The translations under genes and the position numbers were made by a program. Source: Thermoplasmata archaeon (lineage in GTDB: Archaea; Thermoplasmatota; Thermoplasmata; Lutacidiplasmatales; UBA184). Taken from it: a DNA stretch of 64,000 nt. The stretch is from positions 32,565 through 96,564 of the forward strand of contig JAKBSJ010000003.1 in NCBI GenBank assembly GCA_021844945.1. The letters are read 5' to 3'. The notes under the pieces are model-generated. The model saw nothing but the letters and a program-made list of their open reading frames with translations, did no database searches and had not been told where the DNA came from. Of this stretch, positions 28,535 to 39,520 are shown piece after piece (position 1 is the stretch's first letter; the number at the start of each line of letters is the position of its first letter).

Positions 28535-29008
28535 ATGGGGGTCGCGAACATCATGGCCCCGGCGACCGAGGTTTCGAACCCGCTCGAATTCGACCACTTG
28601 CCCGACACGTGGAACCCGCAGGCGTTCGTGCCGCGCCGTCCCGTGGGACTCGCCCTCTTCTGCGCGGCGATGGCGTTCGCCGCTGTCGTGGCTGTCGTCG
28701 CCTCAATCTTCTACTTCGTCGGGCACTACGCGCCGAGCTGGCTGCCGTTCGGCGGCGCGGTATCCGCAGCGGACGTCATTGCCGGGCTCAGCCCTCTGAC
28801 CGCGGCGCTGTTGCTCGTCCTCGCCGGAACGATCCTGGGGGTCGCAACGGCGCTCTGGCGCCAAGAGCCGTGGGCGCTGTACACGACCTACGCCGGGTTG
28901 ATCGGAGGGATGGCCTACCTGCTGGCTACGGGCACGTTCGTCGTCCTTCTCCTCGTTCTCGCCCTGGTGTTTCTCTACCTCGTCAGCATCCGGCATTACT
29001 TCTACTGA
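28535..29008 (+). CDS. Hypothetical membrane protein (about 4 TM)
   Basis: Hydrophobic segments after RRPVG; ATG at 28535 or 28553. Confidence 0.65.
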   Translation: MGVANIMAPATEVSNPLEFDHLPDTWNPQAFVPRRPVGLALFCAAMAFAAVVAVVASIFYFVGHYAPSWLPFGGAVSAADVIAGLSPLTAALLLVLAGTILGVATALWRQEPWALYTTYAGLIGGMAYLLATGTFVVLLLVLALVFLYLVSIRHYFY

Positions 29009-29090
29009 CTTCGAACCGGCTCTCCGCGAGGGGCTGCTTCTTTCGGCTCGAACGTGGCCGTTATCAAGGACTACCGAGACCCCCCTCACC

Positions 29091-31115
29091 GTGGCACCGG
29101 CCCGAACGATCGCCGAGCAGCTCGCCTCCAAGCAACGCGAGATCAGCGTCGCGGAGTTCTTCGAGCGGAACCGCCAGATCTTGGGGTTTGATAACCCGCA
29201 GCGCGCGCTCCTGACGACGGTCAAGGAGGCCGTCGACAACAGCTTGGACGCCGCCGAAGAGGCGGGGGTCCTGCCGGAGCTGATGGTCGAGATCGCAAAG
29301 GATGCGGATTCGCCCGACCGCCTTCGGGTAGCGGTCACCGACAACGGACCCGGTATCCTTCGCCGGGAGGTCCCGAACGTCTTCGCGCGTCTCCTCTACG
29401 GATCGCGCTTCCACTCCAACCGGCAGGCCCGCGGGCAGCAGGGGATCGGCATCAGCGCCGCGGTCCTGTACGCCGCGCTCACGACGGCGCGCCCGGCCCG
29501 CATCACGACGAAGGTCGAGGAGGAAGACGCCGCGCACGTGCTCGAGCTCCTCATCGATACCCAGAAGAACGCGCCGCGGGTCACCCGTGAGGATGTGTTA
29601 ATCTGGGACCGGCCCCACGGCACCCGGATCGAGTTGGCCCTCAAAGCGAAATACATCCGCGGTCGGCAATCGCCGCTCGAGTACCTTCGCGGAACCGCGA
29701 TCGTGAACCCTCACGCGCGCATCGTCCTGGTCGAGCCCGACGGCACCCGGGTCACCTTCGAGCGGGCGGCGAACGAAATGCCCCGCATCCCGAAGGAGAC
29801 GCCCCCCCACCCCTACGGCCTCGAGCTCGGGGAGTTGGGCTACTTCCTCAAGGCATCCAAACGGCCCACGGTCTACGAACTACTTACTCGCGACTTCGAG
29901 GGCGTCAGCGCGCGGGCGGCCAAGGATGTGCTGGCTCGGTCCGGACTCAGTCCCGGCGTCACGCCGGGATCGATCCAGGGGCCGACCCAAGAGGCGCTGC
30001 TCGAGGCCTTGCACTCGGTGCCGCTCGTCGCTCCGTCCTCGGAGTGCCTCTCGCCGATCGGTCCGATGCTGATCAAACGAGGGCTGCGCAACGTCCTCGG
30101 CGACGTCCGACCGGAGTTCTTCGCGCCCCCCGTGAGCCGCCCTCCCAAGGTCCGCGGGGGCTTCCCGTTCCTGGTCGAGGTCGGGCTCGTCTACGGCGGT
30201 GGCCTGCCGGCCGACCAACCGATGCAGCTGCTCCGCTTCGCCAATCGCGTCCCGCTGCTCTTCCAGCAAGGCGCCTGCGCGATTACCGCGGCCGCCTCCA
30301 ACCTCGACTGGCGGCGCTACGGCCTCGAGCAGAAGGGGGGAAACGGCCTGCCGGTCGGGCCGGTTCTCGTCCTCGTCCACGTAGCGTCGACGAAAATCCC
30401 GTTCACGAGCGAGGCGAAGGAGGCCCTTGCCGAGGATCCGGACCTCGACAAGGAGCTCACGCTGGCGTTCCAGGCTGCGGCCCGGCATCTCAAGGTCCAC
30501 ATCTCCCGTCGCTCGCGCCGCTCGTTCGCCCAGGAGAAGTTCGAGATCATCCAGAAGATCCTCCCCCGCCTCGCGGAGAAGACGAGTCATCTGGTCGACC
30601 AGCCTATACCCGACCTCACCCCGGTGATCACCCGCATCATGGACGTGGTCAGCCTCGAGCTCCAGCTGACGAGCGAGGAGGGCCCGCGACGAGCCGTGTT
30701 GGAGGTCACGAACTATACCTCCCGTCCTCGGGTCCTCGAGATCTTCCTGGAGACCCCAACGGAGATCCTCGGAGCGAGTGCGTTCGCCCCGGTCCCCGAG
30801 GGGACGGACGTGGGGATGGGACGGGCGTGGTGGACGCTGCCGAAGCTGGGGCCGAACGAACGGGCCCAGATTGTGCTCACACTCTCGAAGGGGACGGACG
30901 TCGAAGCGAGCGACCTCGACTGGTACGTGGCGGGGGTGGACGAAGCGCACTTGCTCGGCGCGGACCCGTTGCCGGGAGACTGGGACGTCCGTCTGCCACG
31001 CGCGCTGATCGAGGCAGCGGAGACGGCAGTTCCCGCGGATCCGGATTCCGTCGAAGGGGAGGTGGACTACGATGCCGCGGAGAGCGAAGCGCACGTCGGC
31101 GACGACGACGGATGA
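29091..31115 (+). CDS. top6B: DNA topoisomerase VI subunit B
   Basis: [54 protein letters not shown]. Confidence 0.97.
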   Translation: MAPARTIAEQLASKQREISVAEFFERNRQILGFDNPQRALLTTVKEAVDNSLDAAEEAGVLPELMVEIAKDADSPDRLRVAVTDNGPGILRREVPNVFARLLYGSRFHSNRQARGQQGIGISAAVLYAALTTARPARITTKVEEEDAAHVLELLIDTQKNAPRVTREDVLIWDRPHGTRIELALKAKYIRGRQSPLEYLRGTAIVNPHARIVLVEPDGTRVTFERAANEMPRIPKETPPHPYGLELGELGYFLKASKRPTVYELLTRDFEGVSARAAKDVLARSGLSPGVTPGSIQGPTQEALLEALHSVPLVAPSSECLSPIGPMLIKRGLRNVLGDVRPEFFAPPVSRPPKVRGGFPFLVEVGLVYGGGLPADQPMQLLRFANRVPLLFQQGACAITAAASNLDWRRYGLEQKGGNGLPVGPVLVLVHVASTKIPFTSEAKEALAEDPDLDKELTLAFQAAARHLKVHISRRSRRSFAQEKFEIIQKILPRLAEKTSHLVDQPIPDLTPVITRIMDVVSLELQLTSEEGPRRAVLEVTNYTSRPRVLEIFLETPTEILGASAFAPVPEGTDVGMGRAWWTLPKLGPNERAQIVLTLSKGTDVEASDLDWYVAGVDEAHLLGADPLPGDWDVRLPRALIEAAETAVPADPDSVEGEVDYDAAESEAHVGDDDG

Positions 31116-32205
31116 GCCGAAGATCCGGGCCGATGCCCTTCGGCCTACGCTGGATCTCGCACAGCAGATCTACGGGCAGCTCTCCCTCGGGGAGATCCCC
31201 CGCATGCGCCTGCCGCTCCGCACGAAACAGAACATTGCCTTCCAGATGCGGGAGGGGGTATGGAGGCTCGGCAAGGCGATGGGCACGCGCAGCGCACGCA
31301 AGCTCGATGGCGCGCTCATGCTCCTGCGCACGTTCTACCTGGTCGATTTCATCAACGAGATGGCCCGCGACAACAAGACCTCCACGCTGCGAGAGCTCTA
31401 CTACATCAGCGAGGGTTGGCAGGAGGGCAAGTTCCACAGCGAAGACGAGTCGAACCTCCTCGTGGAGGACCTGGAGGTCCTGTGCGAGCGGCTGCGGGAG
31501 GACTTCCGCCTCCACCCCGAGGAGAACGGCGCCTCGGTGATCGGCGACCTGACCATCCGGGAGCGCAACCGCAAGGGGCTGGTGAAGAAGATCAACTGCC
31601 GCGACGATGTCGGCGACGGCGGCTACGCGCTCCCTTCCAACGTCGAGAAGGAGAAGATCGAGTTCGTCAGTTCCGGGGCGAAGTTCATCGTGGCGATCGA
31701 GTGCGGCGGCATGGTGGACCGCCTCGCCGAAAACGGGTTCGACGAGCGCCATCGGGCGCTCCTGATCCATCTCAAGGGCCAGCCGGCCCGGTCGACCCGA
31801 CGGTTCCTCAAGCGCCTGAACGAAGAACTGCACCTGCCCGTCGTCGTCTTCACGGACGGGGATCCCTGGTCCTTCCGCATCTTCGCGAGCGTGGCCTACG
31901 GAGCGATCAAGACCGCCCACATCTCCCAGTACCTCGCGACCCCGAGCGCCGAGTTCCTCGGCGTGACCGCATCCGACATCGAGAACTACGAGCTCCCCAG
32001 CGACCGGCTCACGGACCAGGACGTCCGGGCGCTACAGGCCGAGCTCACCGACCCGCGCTTCTCCACCGCCGACTGGCGCTCGGAGATCGACCTCATGCTC
32101 AAGAACGGCAAGAAAGCGGAACAGCAGTCGCTCGCGAAGTACGGCCTCAATTACGTGACCGACCACTACCTACCCGAGAAGCTAACCGAGATGGGCGTTC
32201 TGTAG
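31072..32205 (+). CDS. top6A: DNA topoisomerase VI subunit A
   Basis: STLRELYY (catalytic Tyr), AIECGGM, KGQP, FTDGDPW, KAEQQSL. Confidence 0.97.
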   Translation: MPRRAKRTSATTTDEPKIRADALRPTLDLAQQIYGQLSLGEIPRMRLPLRTKQNIAFQMREGVWRLGKAMGTRSARKLDGALMLLRTFYLVDFINEMARDNKTSTLRELYYISEGWQEGKFHSEDESNLLVEDLEVLCERLREDFRLHPEENGASVIGDLTIRERNRKGLVKKINCRDDVGDGGYALPSNVEKEKIEFVSSGAKFIVAIECGGMVDRLAENGFDERHRALLIHLKGQPARSTRRFLKRLNEELHLPVVVFTDGDPWSFRIFASVAYGAIKTAHISQYLATPSAEFLGVTASDIENYELPSDRLTDQDVRALQAELTDPRFSTADWRSEIDLMLKNGKKAEQQSLAKYGLNYVTDHYLPEKLTEMGVL

Positions 32206-32218
32206 GCGACGGCCCACC

Positions 32219-32977
32219 GTGACGGACACCGGGCGATGGCGCACCCTGGTCGCGCCAGCCCAGAGTTCGGAGCGCGGCGCCCTCGCTTCCTTCCTCGTGG
32301 GATTCGTCTTGGAGGCGGCGTCGGAGGTCTACCAGCTCACCACGGACGCAGGGTCCGCGCTCGGCTCCCCGGTGGGCTACTACCTGAGCCTGGCCTTCAC
32401 CGTCCTCGGCTTCTACTTCTTCTGGCGCGGCACGTTTACGTGGGCTCGCCTGCCGAGTCACCCGGACGACTCGCTCGCGCGACGGCCGGCGTGGGTCGGT
32501 GGCGCGCTGCTGGTCGGTGGGATCGTGGCGGTGGCGCTCTGGAATGTCGCTGCTCGGACGGTGGGCCACGGCAACACCCCGGCTCCGTTCGCCTGGATCG
32601 TCGGCGGCGTGTTCGCATGGGCGGTCGGATCGTTCTTCCTGGCCCTTCGGGACCGCATCGCGGCACGGCATGGCAGCGCCGTCGCCCTGGCGGGATGGGC
32701 GGCGTTCGCCGGATCGCTCGCCATCGCGGTCGTCTCCGGCCTTCTCCTCGGCCAGGTCTTCTTCGGACTCGTCGTCGATTTCTTCACGAACTGGGCAGCG
32801 CTCATCGAGGCGTTGGGTCCGTTCGTTGCGGCGGTTTCTCCGTTGTGTGTTCCGTTCACGCTGATCGCGGTCGTCTACGCCATCGGACTTCGGTCTGCTT
32901 CGTCCCGGACCGAGACCCTTCGTCCCCGCCGGCCCCGCCCCCAGAGCCATACGGGGTCCGGTGCCACCGGTTCTTAG
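32219..32977 (+). CDS. Hypothetical multi-pass membrane protein
   Basis: About six hydrophobic segments; starts 13 nt after top6A. Confidence 0.7.
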   Translation: MTDTGRWRTLVAPAQSSERGALASFLVGFVLEAASEVYQLTTDAGSALGSPVGYYLSLAFTVLGFYFFWRGTFTWARLPSHPDDSLARRPAWVGGALLVGGIVAVALWNVAARTVGHGNTPAPFAWIVGGVFAWAVGSFFLALRDRIAARHGSAVALAGWAAFAGSLAIAVVSGLLLGQVFFGLVVDFFTNWAALIEALGPFVAAVSPLCVPFTLIAVVYAIGLRSASSRTETLRPRRPRPQSHTGSGATGS

Positions 32978-33060
32978 GTCGAAGGTTGGGTGGACGACCC
33001 GGGCCCGCGTCACCTACGGTTGACATGCGATTTATGCTGGGAGGATCCGACCACGGATCC

Positions 33061-34176
33061 ATGTCCCGCGCGGCGTCCCCGGCGATCTACCACGGACGCA
33101 CAGGTAACGTTGCCCGGTACGTCGGTCTTTTCTCCAGCATGGTCCGTTCTCGCTTCGTCACGGGTCGGCCCTTCTTCCTCGCCCACGCGACGACCTTCGG
33201 TTGCAACTCTCACTGCCAGACGTGCTCGTACTGGAAGCTCACGCCCCGGATGAAAGAGGACCTTCCCACGGCCGAGGTTTTCTCGCTACTCGACGAAGCC
33301 TACGCGGCGGGCATGCGAGGGTACTATCAATTCGGGGGGGAGCCGCTAATCCGCAAGGACGTGGGTACGGTCATCGACTATGCCCGGGCCAAGGGATTCT
33401 ACACGGCGATCAACACCAACGGCTCGATGCTCGCCGCGAAGGCGGAGGCCCTCGGGAGCCTGGACGTGGCGTTCGTCTCCCTCGACTACTTCGACGCCTA
33501 CCACGACGTGATCCGGGGAAGGCCCGGGAACTTCGACGAGGTGATCCGGGGGATCGACCGGCTCCGGGCCCTCACCGCAGCGAAGGTGACCTTGGTGACG
33601 ACCATCAGCTCGCTCAACCCGGGGGCAATGGAGCGCACTGCTCAGCTCGCGAAGGACCTCGGAGTGGGGATTGCTTTCAACTCGATCGAGCCGACGCTCG
33701 ACTTTGGTCTAACGGACAGCGACCAGTCGCCCAACCTCAAGTTCCAACTCTCCCCCGAGCAGCTCCACCAATTCTACGTCACGGCCCTGCGGCTGAAGCG
33801 AGAGGGCTACCCGCTGATGGAGACCGAAGAAGTGCTCGAGGGGTACGTGGCGGATCGACCATGGAAGTGCGAGTTCCCGAAGATGTTCGTCTACGTGACG
33901 CCGGACAAGAAGATCTACAGCTGCGACTACCGCTTCGGCTACGATCTGAAGACCGGGTCGTTCGAAGAGTACTTTTCGAGCGAGATGTTCCGATCGCACG
34001 TCCGGAGCGCCGAAGCGTGCAACCGATGCGTGCGCACCTGCGTCCGCAACTACGCGTATACCTACGAGCTACGCCCCCGACACCTCCTGCACCTTGCTCA
34101 GAACGCGGCCGGACTCTATCGCCCGGGGACTACGGCAGCGCCGAGACGTCCCGCGGAGGCCGGCGCGCCGAGCTGA
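33061..34176 (+). CDS. Radical SAM enzyme with C-terminal Cys (SPASM/Twitch-like) domain
   Basis: CNSHCQTC, GGEPL, NTNG, VSLD; C-terminal WKC...YSC...CNRCVRTC. Start ATG 33061. Confidence 0.9.
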   Translation: MSRAASPAIYHGRTGNVARYVGLFSSMVRSRFVTGRPFFLAHATTFGCNSHCQTCSYWKLTPRMKEDLPTAEVFSLLDEAYAAGMRGYYQFGGEPLIRKDVGTVIDYARAKGFYTAINTNGSMLAAKAEALGSLDVAFVSLDYFDAYHDVIRGRPGNFDEVIRGIDRLRALTAAKVTLVTTISSLNPGAMERTAQLAKDLGVGIAFNSIEPTLDFGLTDSDQSPNLKFQLSPEQLHQFYVTALRLKREGYPLMETEEVLEGYVADRPWKCEFPKMFVYVTPDKKIYSCDYRFGYDLKTGSFEEYFSSEMFRSHVRSAEACNRCVRTCVRNYAYTYELRPRHLLHLAQNAAGLYRPGTTAAPRRPAEAGAPS

Positions 34177-34190
34177 GTCGGGCCGGCTCC

Positions 34191-34595
34191 TCAGAGTGAG
34201 GCGAGCTGGACCGAGGCGAACCGTGCGGCCCGGTCCGTCGGGAAGTACGCGAACGCGTGGTCACCGGTGCTCACGCGCGTCCAGTCGAAACCCTGCTCCT
34301 TGAACTGCGTCGGCTCGGCGGCGGACTCCTGCGCCTCCCGGGGGATCCGCGGCGGGAGCGACTCTCCTTCACGGGCCAGGCGGAGGAGGTCGAGCTCAGG
34401 GTCGTAGGCGATCCACTCTCGCGGAGCGTACACGCGCAGGTGGACGAGCTTCGGCCGAAGCTGGCTCTCCGTCTCCGTCTCGGTCCTCGTGAAGACGGCG
34501 TACTCCTCCGAATCCACCGCGACGATATGATCGAACTGGAAGGACTTCTGGCGAAACTCAAGCAGGTTCATCTGCAGGTCGCCCTCCTCGAGCAT
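34191..34595 (-). CDS. Hypothetical protein
   Basis: Fills the gap, with protein-like composition and codon usage; no motif recognised. Confidence 0.6.
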   Translation of the reverse strand: MLEEGDLQMNLLEFRQKSFQFDHIVAVDSEEYAVFTRTETETESQLRPKLVHLRVYAPREWIAYDPELDLLRLAREGESLPPRIPREAQESAAEPTQFKEQGFDWTRVSTGDHAFAYFPTDRAARFASVQLASL

Positions 34596-34715
34596 TCCCG
34601 GGCCGAGTCGAGCGCGCTACATAACGGCCGGCGGTGGTCGCGATGGCCGACCTCTCGCCGAGGGGAGCCCTAATAAACCGATGAAATTACCCCCGCTCAC
34701 TCGGGACCGGTCTGA

Positions 34716-34823
34716 ATGAAACGTTCCTCACGGGTATGGAAGAAAGCCGGCCACATGCGATGGAAGTGGCGCAAGAAGCGGATGCGCCGACGCATGCGAG
34801 CCCAGAAGATGAGGAAGCAGTAA
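34716..34823 (+). CDS. rpl41e: Ribosomal protein eL41 (eS32), 35 aa
   Basis: Manual translation MKRSSRVWKKAGHMRWKWRKKRMRRRMRAQKMRKQ contains the MRxKWRKKRMRR signature. TATA-like TAATAAA upstream. Below the ORF-track size cutoff. Confidence 0.9.
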   Translation: MKRSSRVWKKAGHMRWKWRKKRMRRRMRAQKMRKQ

Positions 34824-34882
34824 GCGCGCGACCTAAAGGGTCTCGGCCGCGCACCGCCCGGTGCGGAAAGCGCGAGAGGGCT

Positions 34883-35110
34883 CTACCGGCCGAGCCGGGC
34901 GAGATCCCGGGACTCCTTGGTGCCCTTCTTCCACTGCTTGTAATGCGCCCGGCATAGCGGAGCCCGGCGCCCCTGGTCGGGGAGGAGCGGGAAGGCTCTC
35001 TTCGCCTCCGATAGCGCGAGGTGACGCACGGAGTCACCGCCGCACCCGGGGACGATGCACGGCTCCGGGGTCGCCGTTCGATGGGAGGGGCGTGTCGGAT
35101 CCGGCGTCAT
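34883..35110 (-). CDS. Small Cys/His zinc-finger-like protein (75 aa)
   Basis: CIVPGC...LCRAHYKQWKK; its ATG overlaps the sucD stop (ATGA). Confidence 0.78.
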   Translation of the reverse strand: MTPDPTRPSHRTATPEPCIVPGCGGDSVRHLALSEAKRAFPLLPDQGRRAPLCRAHYKQWKKGTKESRDLARLGR

Positions 35111-35994
35111 CGGTGTGCCTTTTCCTTCAGGACGTCGGCGACCAGCTGGGGCATCTCGTACGGGAAGCGTCCTACGCGCACGCCCGCGCCCTCCAGAGCG
35201 GTCTGCTTGGACTGAGCCGTCCCTCGTCCGCGGGTGATGATGGCCCCGGCATGTCCCATGCGCTTGTCCGGCGGGGCCGCCCGACCGGCGATGTAGGCGA
35301 CGACGGGTTTGGTGAAGTGATGGCGGATGTAGTCCGCGGCATCCTCTTCCGCCGTCCCGCCGATCTCGCCCACCATGACGACCAAATCGGTGTCCGGGTC
35401 CTTCTCGAACAGTTCCAGCCCGTCGACGAAGGACGTCCCGACGACGGGGTCGCCGCCGAGCCCGATGCAGGTCGACTGGCCCAGACCGATCTCCCGGATG
35501 CCATTCACGATCTCGTAGGTGAGCGTGCCGCTCCGAGAGATCACGCCGACCCGCCCGGGTCGGAAGACCACGTTCGGGATGATTCCGACCTTGCTCGGGG
35601 CGCCCGGCGCCGCGATGCCGGGGCAGTTCGGTCCGATGATCCGGGCTCCGCGGGCCCGGGCGTAATGGTACATGACCAGCATGTCGTGGAAGGGGATGTG
35701 TTCCGTCACGACCACGCTGAGACGGATCCCGGCGTCGACGGCCTCGATCAGGGCATCCTTGGCGAACGGGGCGGGCACGAAGATGCACGAGGCGTTGGCC
35801 TGCTTGCGGTCCACCGCCTCCTGGACGCTGTCGTAGACGGGAGTTTCCTCTACGGTGGTACCCCCCTTTCCCGGTGTGACGCCCGCCACGACCTTCGAAC
35901 CAAACAGTTTCATCTGATGCGTGTGGACCGTCCCTTGATGACCGGTGATGCCCTGGACCACGACTCGCGTGTCCGCGTCGATCAAGACCGTCAT
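35107..35994 (-). CDS. sucD: Succinyl-CoA synthetase alpha subunit
   Basis: [40 protein letters not shown]. Confidence 0.97.
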   Translation of the reverse strand: MTVLIDADTRVVVQGITGHQGTVHTHQMKLFGSKVVAGVTPGKGGTTVEETPVYDSVQEAVDRKQANASCIFVPAPFAKDALIEAVDAGIRLSVVVTEHIPFHDMLVMYHYARARGARIIGPNCPGIAAPGAPSKVGIIPNVVFRPGRVGVISRSGTLTYEIVNGIREIGLGQSTCIGLGGDPVVGTSFVDGLELFEKDPDTDLVVMVGEIGGTAEEDAADYIRHHFTKPVVAYIAGRAAPPDKRMGHAGAIITRGRGTAQSKQTALEGAGVRVGRFPYEMPQLVADVLKEKAHR

Positions 35995-37148
35995 GCGGTA
36001 CGCCCCTGCGCAGCGACGGCGCGAGTCGCGGCGGCGCGGACGGCGGCCTCGGCCGAGGCTTTCAGATCGGGGATCGAGGTAATGCCGGCCGCGCGGAGGA
36101 TCTCGACTCCTTCGCTTTCGTTGTTGCCGCGAATGCGTGCGACCAACGGAAAGCGATCCTGAGCCGGAAGCTTCTCCATGGCGTTCACGAGTCCCTTCGC
36201 CACGGTATCGCACCGAGTAACGCCACCGAAGATGTTCAGGAATACGGCGGTCGGTTTGGCCTTCGCCATCAAAAGGAACGCCTCGGCCACCTTCGCCGGA
36301 TCGTCGGTGCCTCCCAAGTCCAGGAAGACCCCGGGTCGTCCGCCGAACTGCATGAGCACGTCGAGCGTGGCCATCGTCAGGCCGGCTCCGTTGGCGATCA
36401 CACCGATGTTCCCATCCAGCTGGACGAATGCGATCTCCTTCTCCCGAGCGATCTCCTCCAGCGGAGTCCGGTCGTCCCGGACCTCCGCGTACTCGGGATG
36501 GCGGAACGTCGCATCGTCCTCGATGATCACCTTCGCATCGAGCGCGATGACGCGGTCCCCGACGACGGCGAGCGGATTGATCTCGACGAGCTCCGCGTCC
36601 TCTCCATTGAAAGCGGCCCACAGGGAGTCCAGGAGGGGACCGAGCGACTTCGCCGGACCACCAGTCAAACCGAGGAAGGCGGCCGCACGCCGCTTCTCAT
36701 ATTGCGCGAGTCCGGCGAACGGGTGGATGGGTTGGCGCAGGATCTGCTCGTCCGGTACCGACTCGATCTCGACGCCTCCCTTCGCGCTGGCCAGGAGGAT
36801 GGGCAGACGAAGGGTGCGATCGAGGGTAAGCGAGACATAGAGCTCGCGGTCGATCGCGACCTTCCCCTCGAGCAGGATCTCCTTCACCTTCTCTCCTTTG
36901 AACTCGAGGCCCAAGATCGCGGCCGCCGCGGCGCGGACCTCCTCGTCGTTCGACGCGAATCGGACCGCACCTCCCTTCCCTCGGCCACCGGCGAGTACCT
37001 GGGCCTTTATCACGCACGGCAGAGGCACCTTTCCCTCAGACACCAAGGACGTCGCCTCCTCGGCCGAACGGGCCACATGGCCCTGGGGCAGCGCGATGCC
37101 GTACTTTCGGAAAATCTCCTTTCCCCGCCACTCTGCGAGCTTGACCAT
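35991..37148 (-). CDS. sucC: Succinyl-CoA synthetase beta subunit
   Basis: KAQVLAGGRGKGG, EINPL, LDAK, NGAGLTMATLD, NIFGG. Confidence 0.97.
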   Translation of the reverse strand: MVKLAEWRGKEIFRKYGIALPQGHVARSAEEATSLVSEGKVPLPCVIKAQVLAGGRGKGGAVRFASNDEEVRAAAAAILGLEFKGEKVKEILLEGKVAIDRELYVSLTLDRTLRLPILLASAKGGVEIESVPDEQILRQPIHPFAGLAQYEKRRAAAFLGLTGGPAKSLGPLLDSLWAAFNGEDAELVEINPLAVVGDRVIALDAKVIIEDDATFRHPEYAEVRDDRTPLEEIAREKEIAFVQLDGNIGVIANGAGLTMATLDVLMQFGGRPGVFLDLGGTDDPAKVAEAFLLMAKAKPTAVFLNIFGGVTRCDTVAKGLVNAMEKLPAQDRFPLVARIRGNNESEGVEILRAAGITSIPDLKASAEAAVRAAATRAVAAQGRTA

Positions 37149-37179
37149 AGAGATCCAGCGGCCGCAGACGCTGTGTCAC

Positions 37180-38514
37180 TTAACGCCGACGAGGTCTCCC
37201 GCGGAGTGGGGAGCGGGCGCGGTTGGTAACGGGAGAACTCCGCGGGATGCCCGGCGTGCTCTTCGATGCGCCCCGCGCTCGAGGGGCGCTCGGAAGCTCC
37301 GGACCGATGGCGTCGAGCAATCGGCCCGCAACCTCGAATTTCGGGCCCCGCAACCAGAACCGCGCACCGCGCGGGGGAAGCACTAACGCCGCGATCTCGG
37401 GGCTACCCATCGTTCCGGAGTCGTTCGCCACCACCCAGTCGAGGTCGGCCTCCGTACGGGCCCCGCGCGCCGCTCGCTCGAGCGTCGCGGGGTCGGCGGT
37501 CGCTTCCAGCTTGAACGAGACCAATACGGTCGGACGCGGTGCCCACGCGCGTAGTTGGGGCAGGAACTTCGCGGCTCGTTTCAGTCGCAATGTGATCTCC
37601 GGGTGCTCCCGGGATGAGATCTTGCCCCGCTGCGCCTCGACGGTGTAGTCTGCGAGAGCCGCCGGGACGATCACGGCGGCCGCCTCGGCCAGCTCGCTCC
37701 GGCGCTCGCGGGCCAGATGGAGGAGATCCCCCACGCTTTGCCATCTCCGAACTTCGACGAACGAGGGGATGGTCACGGCATGGTGGCCCATCCAGAGTTC
37801 GACGTCGGCGCCGCGAAAGTAGCCTTGAGTGGCCAGGGCGACGGCCATGGCCCCGCTGCTCTCGTTCGAGATCGATCGAACGTCATCGATTGGCTCGCGT
37901 GCCGCGCCGCCGATCACGATCAACCGGCGCCCCTTCCATGGGCCACGGCCCAGTCGATGAAGCACCGATGCGGCGACGTCCTCGGGCGTCGCGAGCTTTT
38001 CCTCCCCTTCCGCGGCTTGGGTTCCGATGAGGCCGACCCCCCAGCTCTCGAGCTTGGCGAGCGCTTCAGCCACCGCGGGGTTCTGGCGCATCTGGGAGTG
38101 CATCGCCGGCGCGAGCAGGATCGGCACGCCACCGCCCAGCGCGATCGAGGCACAGCTCGTGACGGGGGTATCGTCGATCCCGTGGGCGATCTTCGCAATT
38201 GTATTCGCGGTGGCTGGCGCGATCAGATAGAGATCGGCCCGCTCCGGACCGGACCCGAAGAGGGTCACGTGCTCCACATTCCCGGTGAGCTGGGTGATCG
38301 GAGGGTGGCCGGTGGCGAACTGGATCGCTTCGGGGGTCACGAGGCGCTGAGCTTCGGCGCTCATCACGGCCTGGACGTCGGCCCCATGCCGAAGGAGTTC
38401 GCGGGCGATGCGGGGCACCTCGATGGCTGCGATCGACCCTGAGATGCCCAGGATGATACGGCGCCCGCTCAGGAGTTGAGTTGTCTTCCCTCGAATCACT
38501 CGACTCGGATGCAT
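37180..38514 (-). CDS. coaBC: Bifunctional phosphopantothenoylcysteine decarboxylase/synthetase
   Basis: GISGSIAA, VEHV, APATANTIAKIAHGIDD, PAMH, EPIDDVRSISNESSG; start at MHPSR. Confidence 0.94.
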   Translation of the reverse strand: MHPSRVIRGKTTQLLSGRRIILGISGSIAAIEVPRIARELLRHGADVQAVMSAEAQRLVTPEAIQFATGHPPITQLTGNVEHVTLFGSGPERADLYLIAPATANTIAKIAHGIDDTPVTSCASIALGGGVPILLAPAMHSQMRQNPAVAEALAKLESWGVGLIGTQAAEGEEKLATPEDVAASVLHRLGRGPWKGRRLIVIGGAAREPIDDVRSISNESSGAMAVALATQGYFRGADVELWMGHHAVTIPSFVEVRRWQSVGDLLHLARERRSELAEAAAVIVPAALADYTVEAQRGKISSREHPEITLRLKRAAKFLPQLRAWAPRPTVLVSFKLEATADPATLERAARGARTEADLDWVVANDSGTMGSPEIAALVLPPRGARFWLRGPKFEVAGRLLDAIGPELPSAPRARGASKSTPGIPRSSPVTNRARSPLRGRPRRR

Positions 38515-38602
38515 GGCACCCAGGATCCGGCGGAGGATACGCTCCGCCACTTTAGACCGAGGGCCGGCAACGACTATAAGGGAGGCGGCACCGGCGATGT
38601 TG

Positions 38603-39520
38603 ATGTCGGCCCACGGGAAGCCGGAGCCTTCGCGGCCCCTCGCGATGAAGCACGTCGAGCTTCCGGTTGTCCGAGACGAACCCAGTCCGTTCGCCTCGAT
38701 GTCCCGCTCGACTCCCACTCCCCGGCAGCCTCCCACCCCGCGACCGGTCGATCGAGGGGTCATCGTCTTCGATCTCGATGGGACCCTGCTCGACGACCTC
38801 CGCTTGATCAGCGAGGTCGCGGCGGACGTTCTTTTCCGGGCCTTCCGCACTCCACCCGAGGAGGGACGCATTCACTATCTTGCGACCACGGGGCTGCCCT
38901 TCGAAGCCCAACTTGCTCAGCTCTACCCCGACGCGCCACCCCAACTACGCGAAACGACCGCACGGATCTTCCATCAGCGCAAAGTCTCCGAGGCCTATGC
39001 GCACGCAAGCCCCTTCCTCGAAGTTCCGAGGACGCTCAAGCGCCTCTCCGTGGAGGGTTGGACAATGGTGGTTTCTACCGGCTCCGAGACCGAGATGGCC
39101 GAACTTCTCCTCGAGCGCGAGGGCCTACGCTATTGGTTCGAGGATGTGCTTGGTTCGGCCCAGGGCACGAAGCGCGAGCACCTCGCGGAGTACCGACGTC
39201 GGTATCCCGACGTCCCGGTGTTCCTCGTGGGCGATTCTCGGTTTGACATGGAGGCCGCCCGCTCCGCACTGGGGGTCACGGCGATCGGACGCGCGACCTC
39301 GCTCGAAGGCTGGATCCTCGCTCCCGAGGATCTGAAGCGTTGGGGGGCGGCGTGGGCAGACTACTCCCTCGAACGATTGCCCGAGGTCCTCGCACGATTC
39401 ACGTCGGCCGCTCGAAGCACGACACGGACGAAAGGCCGGTCACCCGCGCCGCGGCGCGTAGCTCCCAAAGCCCGCCGCCCCGCATCCAAGAAGAGTCGGC
39501 GGAGTACTTCGCGTCGGTAG
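38603..39520 (+). CDS. HAD-superfamily hydrolase; start uncertain (38597-38699)
   Basis: FDLDGTL, VVSTG, K, LVGDSRFDM; basic C-terminal tail. Confidence 0.88.
   Translation: MSAHGKPEPSRPLAMKHVELPVVRDEPSPFASMSRSTPTPRQPPTPRPVDRGVIVFDLDGTLLDDLRLISEVAADVLFRAFRTPPEEGRIHYLATTGLPFEAQLAQLYPDAPPQLRETTARIFHQRKVSEAYAHASPFLEVPRTLKRLSVEGWTMVVSTGSETEMAELLLEREGLRYWFEDVLGSAQGTKREHLAEYRRRYPDVPVFLVGDSRFDMEAARSALGVTAIGRATSLEGWILAPEDLKRWGAAWADYSLERLPEVLARFTSAARSTTRTKGRSPAPRRVAPKARRPASKKSRRSTSRR

Noticed and set aside
31112-31540. ATGA-coupled start for top6A, implying a frameshift
   Set aside because: ATG 31112 is out of frame with the Top6A motifs, while ATG 31072 is in frame and gives an intact gene.
32236-33060. 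646-aa radical SAM with a long N-terminal domain
   Set aside because: The upstream part is Arg/Gly-rich off-frame translation of the membrane-protein gene; the real start is about 33061.
37180-38514. CoaBC lacking the bacterial Cys-containing substrate clamp (PAMH instead of PxMN)
   Set aside because: As far as I recall this is the usual archaeal CoaBC variant, not a novelty.
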